Of a DNA stretch of 64,000 bases, positions 44,396-57,117 are shown one piece after another. Source of the DNA: an uncultured Acidobacteriota bacterium (GTDB lineage: Bacteria; Acidobacteriota; Thermoanaerobaculia; Multivoradales; JAHEKO01). The DNA lies in the NCBI GenBank assembly GCA_963713825.1, contig CAVQNG010000025.1:544001-608000 (forward strand), given 5' to 3'. A program made the position numbers and the translations under genes. Under the pieces are notes generated by a model. The model searched no databases, had not been told where the DNA came from, and was given only the letters and a program-made list of their open reading frames with translations. Numbering within the stretch: the stretch's first letter is position 1; each line of letters begins with the position of its first letter.

Positions 44396-46471
44396 ATGTC
44401 TCGCAAGATTTCACTCGAAAAAACGCGCAATATCGGCATCATGGCGCATATCGATGCCGGTAAGACGACGACTACCGAGCGCATCCTCTACTACACCGGG
44501 GTGAACTACAAGATCGGTGAAGTGCACGACGGAACCGCGACCATGGACTGGATGGTCCAGGAGCAGGAAAGAGGGATCACCATCACCTCGGCCGCGACGA
44601 CCTGCTTCTGGAAGGACTATCGCATCAACATCATCGATACCCCGGGGCACGTCGACTTCACCGCCGAGGTGGAACGGTCTCTGCGGGTGTTGGATGGAGC
44701 TATCGCAGTTTTCGACGCCGTGGCCGGAGTCGAGCCGCAGACGGAAACGGTCTGGAGGCAAGCCGATGGCTATCGGGTCCCCAGAATGGCCTTCATCAAC
44801 AAAATGGACCGGGTCGGCGCCGACTTCGAGCGCTGCGTTTCCATGATGCGCTCCCGGTTGGCTGCCGCGCCGGTGGTTCTGCAGCTGCCCTGGGGCAAAG
44901 AGGATGGCTTTCAAGGCGTCATCGATCTTCTCGAGATGCGAGGGGTTGCCTATACCGACGAGTCGCTGGGTGCCGACTTCGAGCTGGTGGACCTGCCAGA
45001 CGGCTATGCCGAGCAGGCTCTCAAGGCGCGTGAAGAGATGGTCGAGACTGTCGCCGAAACGGACGACAATCTGTTGGAGAAGTATCTCTCTGGAGAGGAA
45101 ATCACCAACGACGAGCTGCGAGCGGCGATCAGGCGAGCCACGGTGACGAATCGGCTGCAGCCTGTCCTGTGCGGTAGCGCTTTCAAGAACAAAGGCGTGC
45201 AGCCTCTCCTGGATGCCGTCATCGAATTTCTGCCGTCGCCGCTGGATGTCCCGGCGATGGAGGGCACGAATCCAGACAATGGTCAGCAGGAGACCCGGGA
45301 GAGCTCTGACGAAGGGCCCTTCTCCGCCCTCGTCTTCAAGATCATGACCGACCCTTTCGTTGGTCAGTTGGCGTATTTCCGCGTCTACTCCGGTCACGTC
45401 GAAACTGGCGATTCCGTGCTCAACGTGGCGTCTGGCAAGAAAGAGCGCATCGGTAGGCTCCTGAAGATGCACGCCAACAAGCGTGAGGAGATTTCGGAAG
45501 TCTGGGCTGGGGATATCGCTGCGGCGGTGGGTCTCAAAGGGGTCACAACCGGCGACACCATCTCCGATCCCAAGAATCCTGTGCTGCTCGAGTCCATGAG
45601 CTTTCCGGAGCCCGTCATCGCAGTCTCTATCGAGCCCAAGACCAAGGCCGACCAGGAGAAGCTGGCTCTGACTTTGGGCAAGCTTCAGCAGGAGGACCCG
45701 ACCTTCAGGGTGCATACGGAGCCCGATACCGGGCAGACCCTGATCTCCGGCATGGGCGAGTTGCATCTCGAGATCATCACCGACCGCCTGGTCCGGGAGT
45801 TCAACGTTGGGGCCAATATCGGCACCCCGCAGGTGGCATACAAAGAGTCCCTGACGCTCGAGGCTCCGGGCGAGGGTCGGTTCGTCCGGCAGAGTGGTGG
45901 CCGTGGTCAATTCGGTCACTGCAAGATTCGTTTGCGCCCGGGGCCCGATGGCGACTTCACATTCAACGACAACATCAAGGGCGGCGCGATTCCCAGGGAG
46001 TTCATCAAGCCTGTGGAGCAGGGAATCCGCGAAGCGATGGAGACCGGGCCGTTGGCCGGGTATCCCATTACCGGCGTCGAGGTCGATCTCTACGACGGCA
46101 CCTTTCATGAGGTGGACTCCTCGGAGTTGGCCTTCAAGATCGCCGGCTCGATGGCGTTTCAAGATGCTTGTAAGAAGGCGAACCCGGTTCTCCTGGAGCC
46201 GGTCATGTCGGTCGAGGTCGTCACCCCGGAGGAGTACATGGGTGACGTGATTGGAGATGTCACATCGCGGCGGGGGCGCGTGCAGCACATGGAGGCTCGG
46301 GGCAATGCTCAGGTTCTCAGCTGCAAGGTGCCATTGTCGGAGATGTTCGGATATGCCACCGACCTGCGCTCGGTGACGCAGGGTCGGGCGACCTACTCGA
46401 TGCAGTTCTCGAGCTACGAGCAGGCGCCGAAGAGTATTAGCGAAGAGGTCGTGGCAAGAGCCGCGGGATAA
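44396..46471 (+). CDS. fusA: Elongation factor G
   Basis: [28 protein letters not shown]. Confidence 0.99.
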   Translation: MSRKISLEKTRNIGIMAHIDAGKTTTTERILYYTGVNYKIGEVHDGTATMDWMVQEQERGITITSAATTCFWKDYRINIIDTPGHVDFTAEVERSLRVLDGAIAVFDAVAGVEPQTETVWRQADGYRVPRMAFINKMDRVGADFERCVSMMRSRLAAAPVVLQLPWGKEDGFQGVIDLLEMRGVAYTDESLGADFELVDLPDGYAEQALKAREEMVETVAETDDNLLEKYLSGEEITNDELRAAIRRATVTNRLQPVLCGSAFKNKGVQPLLDAVIEFLPSPLDVPAMEGTNPDNGQQETRESSDEGPFSALVFKIMTDPFVGQLAYFRVYSGHVETGDSVLNVASGKKERIGRLLKMHANKREEISEVWAGDIAAAVGLKGVTTGDTISDPKNPVLLESMSFPEPVIAVSIEPKTKADQEKLALTLGKLQQEDPTFRVHTEPDTGQTLISGMGELHLEIITDRLVREFNVGANIGTPQVAYKESLTLEAPGEGRFVRQSGGRGQFGHCKIRLRPGPDGDFTFNDNIKGGAIPREFIKPVEQGIREAMETGPLAGYPITGVEVDLYDGTFHEVDSSELAFKIAGSMAFQDACKKANPVLLEPVMSVEVVTPEEYMGDVIGDVTSRRGRVQHMEARGNAQVLSCKVPLSEMFGYATDLRSVTQGRATYSMQFSSYEQAPKSISEEVVARAAG

Positions 46472-46523
46472 GTCGTTTTTCTGTACTGAGAGACAAGCAA
46501 AGGTAAGGATCGAGGAGAAGGTC

Positions 46524-47717
<1,194 letters not shown>

Positions 47718-47749
47718 GTGGGAATCGAGTCTGTCGAGGGGGACTGGCA

Positions 47750-48067
<318 letters not shown>

Positions 48068-48086
48068 GTAGAAGAGGTTCGAAGCG

Positions 48087-48716
48087 ATGCAAGGCATCTT
48101 GGGTAAGAAACTCGGCATGACGCAGATCTTTGCCGATGACGGTCAGGCGCACCCCGTCACCGTCATCCAGGCGGGACCCTGTCTGGTCGTTCAGCGCAAG
48201 ACCGCTGACAAGGACGGCTATGAGGCGGTCCAGCTCGGCCTGGTCGAGGAGCGACCGGCGCGTCGCGTCACCAAGCCACAGATTGGCCATTTCGATAAGG
48301 CTGGAGTGGCTCCGATGCGGCGTCTGGTCGAGTTCGACGTCGATTCGGCGGACGAATCGAAGGCCGGCGATCAGGTGAAGGTGGACATCTTCTCGGTAGA
48401 CGAGTTTGTCGATGTCGTCGGTACGAGCAAAGGCAAGGGCTTTCAGGGCGTCATCAAACGCCATGGTTTCGGTGGTGGTAAAGCAACCCATGGGTCTATG
48501 TTTCATCGGGCTCCAGGGTCGATTGGTCAGGCGTCTGACCCCTCGCGTGTGTTTCCCGGGACCAAGCTGCCTGGGCAGACCGGCAACGTCCGGATCACGA
48601 AGAAGAACCTGCGGGTGGTGAAGATCGACGCAGAGAAGAATCTGCTATTTATCAAAGGCGCCGTGCCCGGTCCGAAGAACGGGTATGTAGCAGTCAAGCG
48701 AGCCAAGCGAGGCTAG
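48087..48716 (+). CDS. rplC: 50S ribosomal protein L3
   Basis: [25 protein letters not shown]. Confidence 0.99.
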   Translation: MQGILGKKLGMTQIFADDGQAHPVTVIQAGPCLVVQRKTADKDGYEAVQLGLVEERPARRVTKPQIGHFDKAGVAPMRRLVEFDVDSADESKAGDQVKVDIFSVDEFVDVVGTSKGKGFQGVIKRHGFGGGKATHGSMFHRAPGSIGQASDPSRVFPGTKLPGQTGNVRITKKNLRVVKIDAEKNLLFIKGAVPGPKNGYVAVKRAKRG

Positions 48717-48732
48717 GTCGCAGGGGGACGCG

Positions 48733-49356
48733 ATGAAGGTTGCAGTCAAGAGTCTGGACAACAAGAAGGTCAGGGACATCGAGCTCCCGGACGAGGTGTT
48801 TGGCTATCCCTACAAGGAACACCTCATTCACTCGGCAGTGCTGTCCTACTTGGCGGCGCGGCGCAGCGGCACGCACAAGACCAAGACCCGAAAAGAGGTC
48901 GCGGGATCGGGACGCAAGCTGTGGCGCCAGAAGGGTACGGGACGGGCCCGTATCGGAGGGATTCGCTCTCCGCTGTGGCGCGGTGGTGGCACGGTGCACG
49001 GTCCTCAGCCCCGGAGTCACGCCGACAAGCTGACTCCGCGTGAAAAGCGCAACGCTCTGAAGTCGGCGCTGTCTCGGAAGTTGAAGGATGCGGAGATTCT
49101 GGTGGTGGATCGGCTCGAGATGGATACTCACAAGACCAAGGAGTTGGCTGGAAAGCTCGCGGGCCTCGGGGTGTCGGGGCGGGCGTTGCTGGTCGATACC
49201 CACGGCAATGAGAATCTGACGATCGCAGCCCGCAACAACCCGAAAGTCAAGACTGTCGACGCGCTGGCTGTCAACGTCTACGACGTGGTGGACAGATCTC
49301 ACATCGTGGTGTCGGAAGACGCTTTGAACCGTATTGTGGAGGTGTTGTCCAAATGA
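48733..49356 (+). CDS. rplD: 50S ribosomal protein L4
   Basis: K.WRQKGTGRAR.G, GGG.VHGP. Confidence 0.99.
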   Translation: MKVAVKSLDNKKVRDIELPDEVFGYPYKEHLIHSAVLSYLAARRSGTHKTKTRKEVAGSGRKLWRQKGTGRARIGGIRSPLWRGGGTVHGPQPRSHADKLTPREKRNALKSALSRKLKDAEILVVDRLEMDTHKTKELAGKLAGLGVSGRALLVDTHGNENLTIAARNNPKVKTVDALAVNVYDVVDRSHIVVSEDALNRIVEVLSK

Positions 49357-49643
49357 GAGTCCAGGACATCATTCGGCGCCCGCTGATCACGGAGAAGTCG
49401 ACGATGCAGCGCGACGAGTCCAATACCGTCGCTTTCGAGGTCGATCGCAAGGCCAACAAGATCGATGTCAAGCGGGCCGTCGAGGCGCAGTTCAAGGTCA
49501 AGGTGGCCGAGGTCCGCATCGCGGCGATGCACGGCAAGGTTCGTCGGCAGGGTCGATTCGAAGGTCGGCGACCCGACTGGAAGAAGGCTTACGTGCGCTT
49601 GGCGGAGGGTGAGAAGACCATCGAGTTCTTCGAGGGCGTATGA
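49353..49643 (+). CDS. rplW: 50S ribosomal protein L23
   Basis: PLITEKS, ANK..VK.AVE, WKKAYV. Confidence 0.98.
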   Translation: MRVQDIIRRPLITEKSTMQRDESNTVAFEVDRKANKIDVKRAVEAQFKVKVAEVRIAAMHGKVRRQGRFEGRRPDWKKAYVRLAEGEKTIEFFEGV

Positions 49644-49743
49644 CATCGGCGGTGATTGAGGTCGAGCTTCGGCACCGATCTCCCGCCAGCTGTTCGACTA
49701 TCGGAACGCTGTCCGGATAAAGCAGCGAAAGGAATCAAGAGAC

Positions 49744-50571
49744 ATGGCAGTCAAGCAATACAAACCCACGAACCCCGCGAGCCGCAATCGGTCGGTCTCG
49801 ACGTTCGAGGAGCTGACGGCGAACAGCCCCCACAAACCGCTCGCCAAAGGTAAGAAGCGGATCGGTGGGCGGAACAACAAGGGACAGACCACCGTTCGAT
49901 TTCGCGGTGGCGGCCATAAACGGCGCTACCGCGTGGTGGATTTCAAGCGGGACAAGCACGGCGTTCCCGCCAAGGTCTCCACGGTCGAGTACGATCCGAA
50001 CCGGTCAGCTCACATCGCCCTGTTGAGCTATGCAGACGGCGAGAAGCGCTACATTCTCTGGCCCCATGGGCTGGAAGTGGGGGTGGAAGTGCTCTCCGGC
50101 GAGGACGCTCCAGTCAATCTGGGCAATGCTCTTCCCATCCGTGAGATCCCGGTCGGTACGATCATCCACAATGTCGAGCTCAAGATCGGCAAGGGTGGTC
50201 AGTTGGTCAGAAGCGCCGGGGGTGGAGCGCAGTTGATGGCCAAAGAGGGCAGCTATGCGCAGGTGAAGCTGCCTTCGGGTGAGGTGCGAAAGGTGCACCT
50301 GGGCTGCTATGCGACGATCGGACAGGTTGGCAACCTGGATCACGGCAATATCTCTTCCGGCAAGGCAGGCCGAACTCGCTGGCAGGGTCGTCGTCCGCAC
50401 AATCGCGGCGTAACCATGAATCCGGTCGACCATCCGATGGGTGGTGGAGAAGGCAAGAGCTCGGGTGGGCGTCACCCTTGCACTCCGTGGGGCTTCCCGA
50501 CCAAGGGCTACAAGACCCGCAAGAACAAGCGAACCGACAACATGATCGTGCGCCGCCGCAAGCGCAAATAA
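49744..50571 (+). CDS. rplB: 50S ribosomal protein L2
   Basis: [20 protein letters not shown]. Confidence 0.99.
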   Translation: MAVKQYKPTNPASRNRSVSTFEELTANSPHKPLAKGKKRIGGRNNKGQTTVRFRGGGHKRRYRVVDFKRDKHGVPAKVSTVEYDPNRSAHIALLSYADGEKRYILWPHGLEVGVEVLSGEDAPVNLGNALPIREIPVGTIIHNVELKIGKGGQLVRSAGGGAQLMAKEGSYAQVKLPSGEVRKVHLGCYATIGQVGNLDHGNISSGKAGRTRWQGRRPHNRGVTMNPVDHPMGGGEGKSSGGRHPCTPWGFPTKGYKTRKNKRTDNMIVRRRKRK

Positions 50572-50586
50572 GGGTGGAGAAGCGAT

Positions 50587-50874
50587 ATGGCTCGATCTCT
50601 CAAGAAGGGTTACTTCATCGACTATCACCTGGAGGACAAGGTGAAGGCGGCGGTTGGTACGAACGACCAGCGCGTCATCAAGACGTGGTCTCGTCGCTCG
50701 ACGATTACGCCCGACATGGTGGGGCGCACCATCGCGGTGCACAACGGCATCAAGTTCATTCCGGTCTTCGTCACCGAGAACATGGTCGGCCACAAGTTGG
50801 GCGAGTTCGCGATGACGCGGACGTTCCGTGGTCACGGTGGCAAGAGAGTAGAGAAGATGGGTCGCCCCCGGTAG
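50587..50874 (+). CDS. rpsS: 30S ribosomal protein S19
   Basis: [22 protein letters not shown]. Confidence 0.99.
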   Translation: MARSLKKGYFIDYHLEDKVKAAVGTNDQRVIKTWSRRSTITPDMVGRTIAVHNGIKFIPVFVTENMVGHKLGEFAMTRTFRGHGGKRVEKMGRPR

Positions 50875-50910
50875 GGTGCGAGGCCAAGATCTTTAAGAGG
50901 ACCTTCGGTA

Positions 50911-51255
50911 ATGGAAGTAACAGCGCGACACAGGTACCTGCAGACCTCACCGCAAAAGGTGAGACTGGTTGCCGATCAGATTCGTGGCAAGGGCGTTCAG
51001 GACGCGGCCAACATCTTGGAGTTGAGCAAGAAGGGAGTGGCACAACCGCTGCGCAAGCTGCTGCAGTCGGCGATCGCCAATGCCGAGAACCTCGACGACC
51101 AGCTGGATGTGGATCGGCTGTATGTCAAGGAGATCTTCGTCGATGGCGGGCCGACGCTGAAGCGTATTCGGCCTCAACCCATGGGACGGGCATTTCGCAT
51201 CTTGAAGCGCCAGAGTCACGTGACGATCAAACTGGATACCCGGAAGGGTGAATAG
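50911..51255 (+). CDS. rplV: 50S ribosomal protein L22
   Basis: SPQKVRLVAD.IRG, SAIANA, GP.LKR. Confidence 0.98.
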   Translation: MEVTARHRYLQTSPQKVRLVADQIRGKGVQDAANILELSKKGVAQPLRKLLQSAIANAENLDDQLDVDRLYVKEIFVDGGPTLKRIRPQPMGRAFRILKRQSHVTIKLDTRKGE

Positions 51256-51279
51256 CTCGCGACGGCTAAGGAGACGATA

Positions 51280-51930
51280 GTGGGGCAGAAAACTCATCCG
51301 TATGGGTTCCGGCTGGTTTACAACAAGTCCTGGAAGTCGCGTTGGTATGCGGACAAGGACTACGCCAGGCTCTTGCACGAAGATCTCGATTTGCGGGCCC
51401 GGCTGAAGAAGCGACTGTCGCACGCCGGAGTCAGTGAGATCGACATCGAGCGGGCGGCCGACAAACTGCGTGTCACGATCTACACTTCGAGGCCGGGAAT
51501 CATCATCGGTCGCAAGGGTGCCGAGGTCGACAAGTTGCGCGATGACCTGATGAAGCACATGGGCCGCGAAGTGCATATCAATATCCAGGAGATTCAGCGG
51601 CCCGAGCTCGATGCCCAGCTGGTAGCCGAGAATATCGCTGGCCAGCTGCTTCGTCGGGTGGCCTTTCGCCGCGCCATGAAGAAGCAGATGGAGTCGGCTT
51701 TTCGGTTCGGAGCAAAGGGCTTCAAGATCATGGTGTCGGGAAGGCTCGGCGGCAATGAGATCGCCCGGACGGAGTGGTATCAGGAAGGCCGTCTGCCGCT
51801 CCACACCCTGAAGGCGGAGATCGACTATGGCTTCGCCGAATCGCGCACGACCTATGGAGTCATTGGCTGCAAGGTGTGGATTTACAAAGGTGATCTGTTG
51901 CGGGAGAAAGCCCGCCGCGCGGCGATCTGA
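51280..51930 (+). CDS. rpsC: 30S ribosomal protein S3
   Basis: GQK.HP.GFR, RPG.IIG.KG, GRL.G.EIAR.E, PLHTL. Confidence 0.99.
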   Translation: MGQKTHPYGFRLVYNKSWKSRWYADKDYARLLHEDLDLRARLKKRLSHAGVSEIDIERAADKLRVTIYTSRPGIIIGRKGAEVDKLRDDLMKHMGREVHINIQEIQRPELDAQLVAENIAGQLLRRVAFRRAMKKQMESAFRFGAKGFKIMVSGRLGGNEIARTEWYQEGRLPLHTLKAEIDYGFAESRTTYGVIGCKVWIYKGDLLREKARRAAI

Positions 51931-51951
51931 TCGATTCGAGGAGTCAAGATC

Positions 51952-52371
51952 ATGTTGATGCCCAAGAAGGTGAAGTACAGGAAGAAGCAGCGCGGCCGGC
52001 GTCGAGGCAAGGCGAAGGGTGGGGACTACATCGCCTTCGGCGACCACGCTCTGCAGGCCCTGGAAACAGGTTGGGTCAGCTCTCGGCAGATCGAATCGGC
52101 TCGAATTGCGATCGCCAGAGGTGTGAAGCGTGGTGGCAAGATCTGGATCCGTGTGTTTCCGGACAAGCCAATCACCAAGAAGCCCCTCGAGACACGAATG
52201 GGTAAGGGAAAGGGCAACCCTGAAGGTTGGGTAGCTGTCGTCAAGCCAGGTCGGATTCTGTTCGAGGTCGAAGGTGTCGACCCTGAGCTCACCAAGAGGG
52301 CGATCGAGCTGGCTTCGTACAAATTCGGCATCAAGACGCGATACATCTCGCGCGACCATACGGCCTGGTGA
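51952..52371 (+). CDS. rplP: 50S ribosomal protein L16
   Basis: MLMPK..KYRK, RQIE.AR, FPDKP, RMGKGKG. Confidence 0.99.
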   Translation: MLMPKKVKYRKKQRGRRRGKAKGGDYIAFGDHALQALETGWVSSRQIESARIAIARGVKRGGKIWIRVFPDKPITKKPLETRMGKGKGNPEGWVAVVKPGRILFEVEGVDPELTKRAIELASYKFGIKTRYISRDHTAW

Positions 52372-52379
52372 GGTGAGTG

Positions 52380-52568
52380 ATGAAGGCTTCGGAGTTGAGA
52401 GAGCAGACTGTTGAAGAGCTGCAGGACCGGGAGAAAGAGCTAGCTGAAAAGCTCTTCGCCCTGCGACTGCAGAGGGTGACGGGCCAGTTGGAGAGCCCGG
52501 CGAAAATGCGCGAGGCCAAGCGGGATCTCGCTCGAGTTCTGACGGTCCTTCGCGAGAAGCGGGACTAG
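52380..52568 (+). CDS. rpmC: 50S ribosomal protein L29
   Basis: MKASELR..EEL, LF.LR, ARVLT. Confidence 0.97.
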   Translation: MKASELREQTVEELQDREKELAEKLFALRLQRVTGQLESPAKMREAKRDLARVLTVLREKRD

Positions 52569-52596
52569 ACGAAGGAATTATTCGGAGAGCAAGGTG

Positions 52597-52878
52597 ATGT
52601 CGGAGCAAGCAGCGACAGCCAGCCGTGGGCGGCAACAGGTGAAAGTAGGCACAGTGGTCAAAGACCAGATGGATAAAACTGTCGTGGTTGCTGTTACCAA
52701 CACTGTGATGCACCGCCTGTACCGCCGCTACCTCAAGCGAACATCGAAGTTCTTTGCCCATGACGAGAACAACGAGTGCCGCCTTGGCGATCGCGTTCAG
52801 ATCGTCTCCAGTCGTCCGCTCTCGAAGCAGAAGCGGTGGCGGGTCAAAGAGATCCTGAAGAGGGCGGAGGGTAGCTGA
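52597..52878 (+). CDS. rpsQ: 30S ribosomal protein S17
   Basis: MDKTVVV, H.LY, AHDE.N, RPLSK.KRW. Confidence 0.97.
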   Translation: MSEQAATASRGRQQVKVGTVVKDQMDKTVVVAVTNTVMHRLYRRYLKRTSKFFAHDENNECRLGDRVQIVSSRPLSKQKRWRVKEILKRAEGS

Positions 52879-52880
52879 CG

Positions 52881-53249
52881 ATGATTCAGATGGGCACAGT
52901 ATTGGACGTAGCAGACAATTCCGGCGCTCGGAAGATTGCCTGCATTCAAATGCGAGGCGGTTCTTCGGGTCAGTACGGCGGCCTCGGCGATGTGATCACC
53001 GCGTCGGTCAAGGAAGCGACCCCCGAAGGTACCGTCAAGAAGGGGCAGGTCGTCAGAGCGGTCATCGTTCGAACTCGGCGGTCCTACCGGCGCCGAGATG
53101 GCAGTCATATCCGGTTCGACTCCAATTCGGCGGTACTGGTCAACGATGCAGGCGAGCCGGTGGGCACTCGAGTCTTCGGTCCCGTAGCTCGAGAGTTGCG
53201 AGAGAAGCGGTTCATGAAGATCGTCTCATTGGCACCGGAGGTGCTGTAG
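52881..53249 (+). CDS. rplN: 50S ribosomal protein L14
   Basis: [26 protein letters not shown]. Confidence 0.99.
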   Translation: MIQMGTVLDVADNSGARKIACIQMRGGSSGQYGGLGDVITASVKEATPEGTVKKGQVVRAVIVRTRRSYRRRDGSHIRFDSNSAVLVNDAGEPVGTRVFGPVARELREKRFMKIVSLAPEVL

Positions 53250-53304
53250 CTCGCTCGACGGCTCGATTCTGGGCCGGTCTCGAACGGGAACTGCGGAGTT
53301 AAGG

Positions 53305-53631
53305 ATGATGCGCAAGGTCAACATCAAGAAGAACGACGAGGTTGTGGTGATTCTCGGTCGGAACCGAGGAGTCAAGGGACGGGTCCTGCGGGTCTTCCCT
53401 GGCGATGCGACAGCGATTGTCGAGCGCGCCAATATGATCAAACGGCACACACGACCGAACCCGAACAAGCAGATCCAGGGTGGCATCGTGGAGCGAGAGG
53501 CTCCGATCCGCCTGTCGAATCTGAAACTGATCTGCCCCGAGTGCGGCAAACCGACTCGGATCGGGCGGAAGCGATTGGCTGACGGCAGTGGAGTGCGGGT
53601 CTGCAAAGCCTGCGACGCTACCTTCAATTGA
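53305..53631 (+). CDS. rplX: 50S ribosomal protein L24
   Basis: KOW KK.D.V.V..G, GGI.EREAPI..SN, CPEC..CKAC. Confidence 0.98.
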   Translation: MMRKVNIKKNDEVVVILGRNRGVKGRVLRVFPGDATAIVERANMIKRHTRPNPNKQIQGGIVEREAPIRLSNLKLICPECGKPTRIGRKRLADGSGVRVCKACDATFN

Positions 53632-53651
53632 GCTGAGAGGACAAAAGTCAG

Positions 53652-54284
53652 ATGGCTAGCAAGAAAGACGCGAAGGCGGGCGCCAAAGCGGCTGCCGGTG
53701 CGCCGGGTGGCAACGGCTACGTTCCGCGGCTGAAGACACGATACTCGGAAGAGATTGTCGGAAAGCTGAGTGGCGAGTTTGGTATCGAGAACGTCATGGC
53801 CGTGCCGCGTCTCGAGAAGATCGTGCTCAACATGGGCCTCGGAGAGGCGACCCAGAACATCAAGATCCTCGATACGGCGGTCGAAGAGTTGGCGCAGGTT
53901 GCGGGACAGCAGCCGACGATTACCCGGGCGAAGAAATCGATTGCCGCCTTCAAGGTGCGGGAGGGCATGCCGATTGGTTGCCGGGTGACGCTGCGAGGGA
54001 ATCTGATGTGGAACTTCCTGGATCGTTTGATCGCGACGGCTCTGCCTCGGGTGCGTGACTTTCGGGGCGTGCCGAGCGGCAGCTTCGACGGCCGTGGCAA
54101 CTACACCCTGGGTGTGCGGGACCATTTGATCTTCCCTGATCTCGACTACGACAAGGTGGATCGTTCCAAGGGTCTCAATATCACGATCGTGACCAGTGCC
54201 AAGAACGATGAGCAGGCCTTCTATCTGCTGCGCGAGCTGGGAATGCCCTTCGCTATCAGCCGATCTGGCGCTGCTGCTGAATAG
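53652..54284 (+). CDS. rplE: 50S ribosomal protein L5
   Basis: [31 protein letters not shown]. Confidence 0.98.
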   Translation: MASKKDAKAGAKAAAGAPGGNGYVPRLKTRYSEEIVGKLSGEFGIENVMAVPRLEKIVLNMGLGEATQNIKILDTAVEELAQVAGQQPTITRAKKSIAAFKVREGMPIGCRVTLRGNLMWNFLDRLIATALPRVRDFRGVPSGSFDGRGNYTLGVRDHLIFPDLDYDKVDRSKGLNITIVTSAKNDEQAFYLLRELGMPFAISRSGAAAE

Positions 54285-54302
54285 ATTTCAAGGAGATTGA
54301 AC

Positions 54303-54488
54303 GTGGCAACCACTGCGAAAATAGCCAAGAATCTGAAAGAGCCGAAGTACGCCGTCCGGCATCGGAATCGCTGTCAGCGCTGTGGGCGCCCACGCGGTTA
54401 TCTGCGCAAATTCGGTCTCTGCCGAATCTGCTTTCGCAACCTGGCCCTGCAGGGTTACCTGCCGGGAGTCATCAAGGCCAGTTGGTAG
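54303..54488 (+). CDS. rpsN: 30S ribosomal protein S14, zinc-binding type Z
   Basis: CQRC..CRIC, GVIKASW; GTG start. Confidence 0.97.
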   Translation: MATTAKIAKNLKEPKYAVRHRNRCQRCGRPRGYLRKFGLCRICFRNLALQGYLPGVIKASW

Positions 54489-54547
54489 AAACGAGTGCTA
54501 GGAATCATGAGTAGCGAAGAGAGACAGGGGCCAGTGGAGGAACAATC

Positions 54548-54949
54548 ATGACTATGACCGATCCGGTCGCAGATCTGCTGAGTCGGATCCGCACCGCATA
54601 CATGGCGAAGCATGATCGCCTGGATGTACCGGCATCGAAGCTCAAGATCGAGGTCTGTCGGATCCTGAAGGAGCAAGGGTACGTGGAGTCGTTCGAGCAC
54701 CTCGATAGCGATCCGGTAAAGAAACAGGTGCGCATCTATCTGCGCTATACCCCCGACGGGGAGCCCTTGATCCGGAGTATCAAACGGATCAGCAAGCCGG
54801 GTCGCCGCGTCTACAAGGGGGCTGAAGAGATCCGTCCTGTCTTGAACGGACTTGGCGTCGGAATCATCTCGACTTCACAGGGACTGCTGACCGACTCGGA
54901 GGCGCGGCAGCGTCGCGTCGGTGGCGAAGTCCTCTGTGAGGTCTGGTAG
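54548..54949 (+). CDS. rpsH: 30S ribosomal protein S8
   Basis: TDPVADL..RIR, SKPGRRVY, STSQG, GGEVL. Confidence 0.99.
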   Translation: MTMTDPVADLLSRIRTAYMAKHDRLDVPASKLKIEVCRILKEQGYVESFEHLDSDPVKKQVRIYLRYTPDGEPLIRSIKRISKPGRRVYKGAEEIRPVLNGLGVGIISTSQGLLTDSEARQRRVGGEVLCEVW

Positions 54950-54961
54950 GAGGCCAGTGGC

Positions 54962-55510
54962 ATGTCGCGCGTAGGAAGAGAGCCCATTTCGATTCCCCAG
55001 GGTGTCAAGGTGACGGTGGAGGATCGGGTATTCGTGGCCGAAGGCCCCAAGGGCAAGGTCAGCCAGTCGCTACTGGAAGGCATCCCGGTGGAGATTGAGG
55101 ACGGCACCGTGACCGTAAACCGGATCGACGACTCCGGAGATCTGCGTTCGAAGCACGGTCTGATGCGAGCGCTGTTGGCCAATGCGGTGCAAGGTGTTTC
55201 GGAGGGTTTCAGCAAGCAGTTGGAGATCCACGGCGTCGGTTACCGCGCGTCACTCCAGGGCAGTGAGATTCACCTGTCGCTGGGCTACTCGCACCCGGTT
55301 GTGTTTCCGGTTCCCGAGGGAATCGAGGTCCAGGTGGACGAGAAGGCGGGCAAGATAACGGTCAGCGGTGCCGACCGCCAACAGGTGGGTCAGGTGGCGG
55401 CCAATATCCGACGCTTGCGCAAGCCGGAACCCTACAAGGGTAAGGGGATTCGCTATTCCGACGAGGTGGTGCGTCGCAAGGTCGGCAAGGCTGGCGCTAC
55501 CGCCAAGTAG
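54962..55510 (+). CDS. rplF: 50S ribosomal protein L6
   Basis: MSRVG, GVGYRA, LGYSHP, PEPYKGKG. Confidence 0.99.
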   Translation: MSRVGREPISIPQGVKVTVEDRVFVAEGPKGKVSQSLLEGIPVEIEDGTVTVNRIDDSGDLRSKHGLMRALLANAVQGVSEGFSKQLEIHGVGYRASLQGSEIHLSLGYSHPVVFPVPEGIEVQVDEKAGKITVSGADRQQVGQVAANIRRLRKPEPYKGKGIRYSDEVVRRKVGKAGATAK

Positions 55511-55529
55511 AGAGGGCCGAGGAGAGATC

Positions 55530-55901
55530 ATGGACAAGGCACAGGAAAAGTACTTGCGTCGGAGGCGGGCCCACAGGCGGGTGCGCAGATCGGTGCAGGG
55601 TTCGACCGATCGCCCCCGGCTGGCGGTATACAAGAGCCTCAAGTTTGTCTACGCGCAGGTCATCGACGACCAGCAGGGTGTCACTCTGGTGCAGGCCAAC
55701 TCGGGAGAACCCGAGATTCTGCAGAAGCTCGAGGGTGGCAGCAAGTCCAAGGCGGCGGCGCGGATGGTGGGCGAGATCGTGGGTGAGCGCGCCAAGGCAA
55801 AGGGTATCGAAGCCGTAGTCTTCGACCGCGGTGGTTACATCTTTCACGGCAGGGTCAAGGAAGTGGCGGAAGGTGCCCGCTCCAAGGGCCTGGATTTCTA
55901 G
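55530..55901 (+). CDS. rplR: 50S ribosomal protein L18
   Basis: RPRL.V..S, AQVIDD, FDRGG..HGRV; ATG at 55530 after GAGGAG. Confidence 0.97.
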   Translation: MDKAQEKYLRRRRAHRRVRRSVQGSTDRPRLAVYKSLKFVYAQVIDDQQGVTLVQANSGEPEILQKLEGGSKSKAAARMVGEIVGERAKAKGIEAVVFDRGGYIFHGRVKEVAEGARSKGLDF

Positions 55902-55945
55902 CCTGGGAAGCAGTCTGCTGATAGGCGAAGCGGAGGAGAATCAAG

Positions 55946-56470
55946 TTGGCTAGAGACTTTAACAGCGAACCCGAGTTTTTCGAGCAGGTCATCGATATCA
56001 ACCGAGTGACGAAAGTCGTCAAGGGTGGTAAGAACTTCTCCTTCACGGCTCTGGTCGTGATCGGCGACGGAAATGGTCGTGTGGGATATGGATCCGGCAA
56101 GGCCAAGGAGGTCCCCACCGCCATTCGTAAGGGGATCGACATCGCCAAGAAGAACCTCTTCAAGTTTCCGATGCGAGGCACCACGGTGCCGCATGAGGCA
56201 TTGGGACGCTTCGGAGCGAGTCGAGTGCTTCTCAAGCCCGCTTCCGAAGGCACCGGCGTCATTGCCGGAGGTGCTGTCAGGGCGGTGGTGGAAAGCGCTG
56301 GATATCAGGACATCCTCACCAAGTCGCTGGGATCGAAGAATCCCAACAACGTGGTGAAGGCGACCATGGACGCACTGGCGCAGCTGCGCAGCGAGAACGA
56401 GGTGCGTCGCCTGCGCGGTCTGGAGGAGCTCGCGCCAGCCGCCGAAAAGGCCCAGGTCGACGACAACTAG
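55946..56470 (+). CDS. rpsE: 30S ribosomal protein S5
   Basis: [25 protein letters not shown]. Confidence 0.99.
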   Translation: MARDFNSEPEFFEQVIDINRVTKVVKGGKNFSFTALVVIGDGNGRVGYGSGKAKEVPTAIRKGIDIAKKNLFKFPMRGTTVPHEALGRFGASRVLLKPASEGTGVIAGGAVRAVVESAGYQDILTKSLGSKNPNNVVKATMDALAQLRSENEVRRLRGLEELAPAAEKAQVDDN

Positions 56471-56488
56471 AAGAGTCGGGGAAGAGCC

Positions 56489-56680
56489 ATGGCGAAGCAG
56501 AATATGCTGAAGATACGACAAACGAGGAGCCCGATTGGGCGTCCCAAGAACCAGCACGAGGTGCTCAGAAGCCTCGGTCTGAGACGCATCCGACATGAGG
56601 TGATGCGAGAGGATACCCCCGCAGTCAGGGGCATGGTAGCCAAGATCCCTCATCTGGCAGAGATCGTGGAGGAATCGTGA
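56489..56680 (+). CDS. rpmD: 50S ribosomal protein L30
   Basis: RSPIG, LGLRRI, TPAVRGM. Confidence 0.97.
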   Translation: MAKQNMLKIRQTRSPIGRPKNQHEVLRSLGLRRIRHEVMREDTPAVRGMVAKIPHLAEIVEES

Positions 56681-57117
56681 TGAAGTTGCATGACCTTTCG
56701 CCGGCCAAAGGCTCCAAGCGGCCCAAGAAGCGGATCGGGCGCGGCCCGGGTTCGGGGCACGGAAAGACCGCGGGTCGGGGTCACAAGGGACAGCGATCGC
56801 GCTCCGGTTTCAGTCAGCGAGCTGGATTCGAGGGCGGCCAGATGCCGTTGGTGCGGAGAGTCCCAAAGCGGGGCTTCACCAATATTTTCAGAACGGAGTA
56901 TCAGGTAGTCAACGTCGCTCGACTCGCCGACCTCGAGGGTGAGGTTACCCCTGAGAGCTTGGTCGAGCAGGGGCTGGTCCGGTCGGGTCAGCCTGTCAAG
57001 GTGCTCGGCAATGGCGAGATAGCGACGGCCCTGAAGGTGAAGGCCCATAAATTCAGCGCCACTGCGCGCGCCAAGATCGAGGCTGCCGGTGGCAGCTGCG
57101 AGGTGGTTGAGTCGTGA
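56680..57117 (+). CDS. rplO: 50S ribosomal protein L15
   Basis: GRG.GSG.GKT.GRGHKGQ, FEGGQMP. Confidence 0.98.
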   Translation: MKLHDLSPAKGSKRPKKRIGRGPGSGHGKTAGRGHKGQRSRSGFSQRAGFEGGQMPLVRRVPKRGFTNIFRTEYQVVNVARLADLEGEVTPESLVEQGLVRSGQPVKVLGNGEIATALKVKAHKFSATARAKIEAAGGSCEVVES

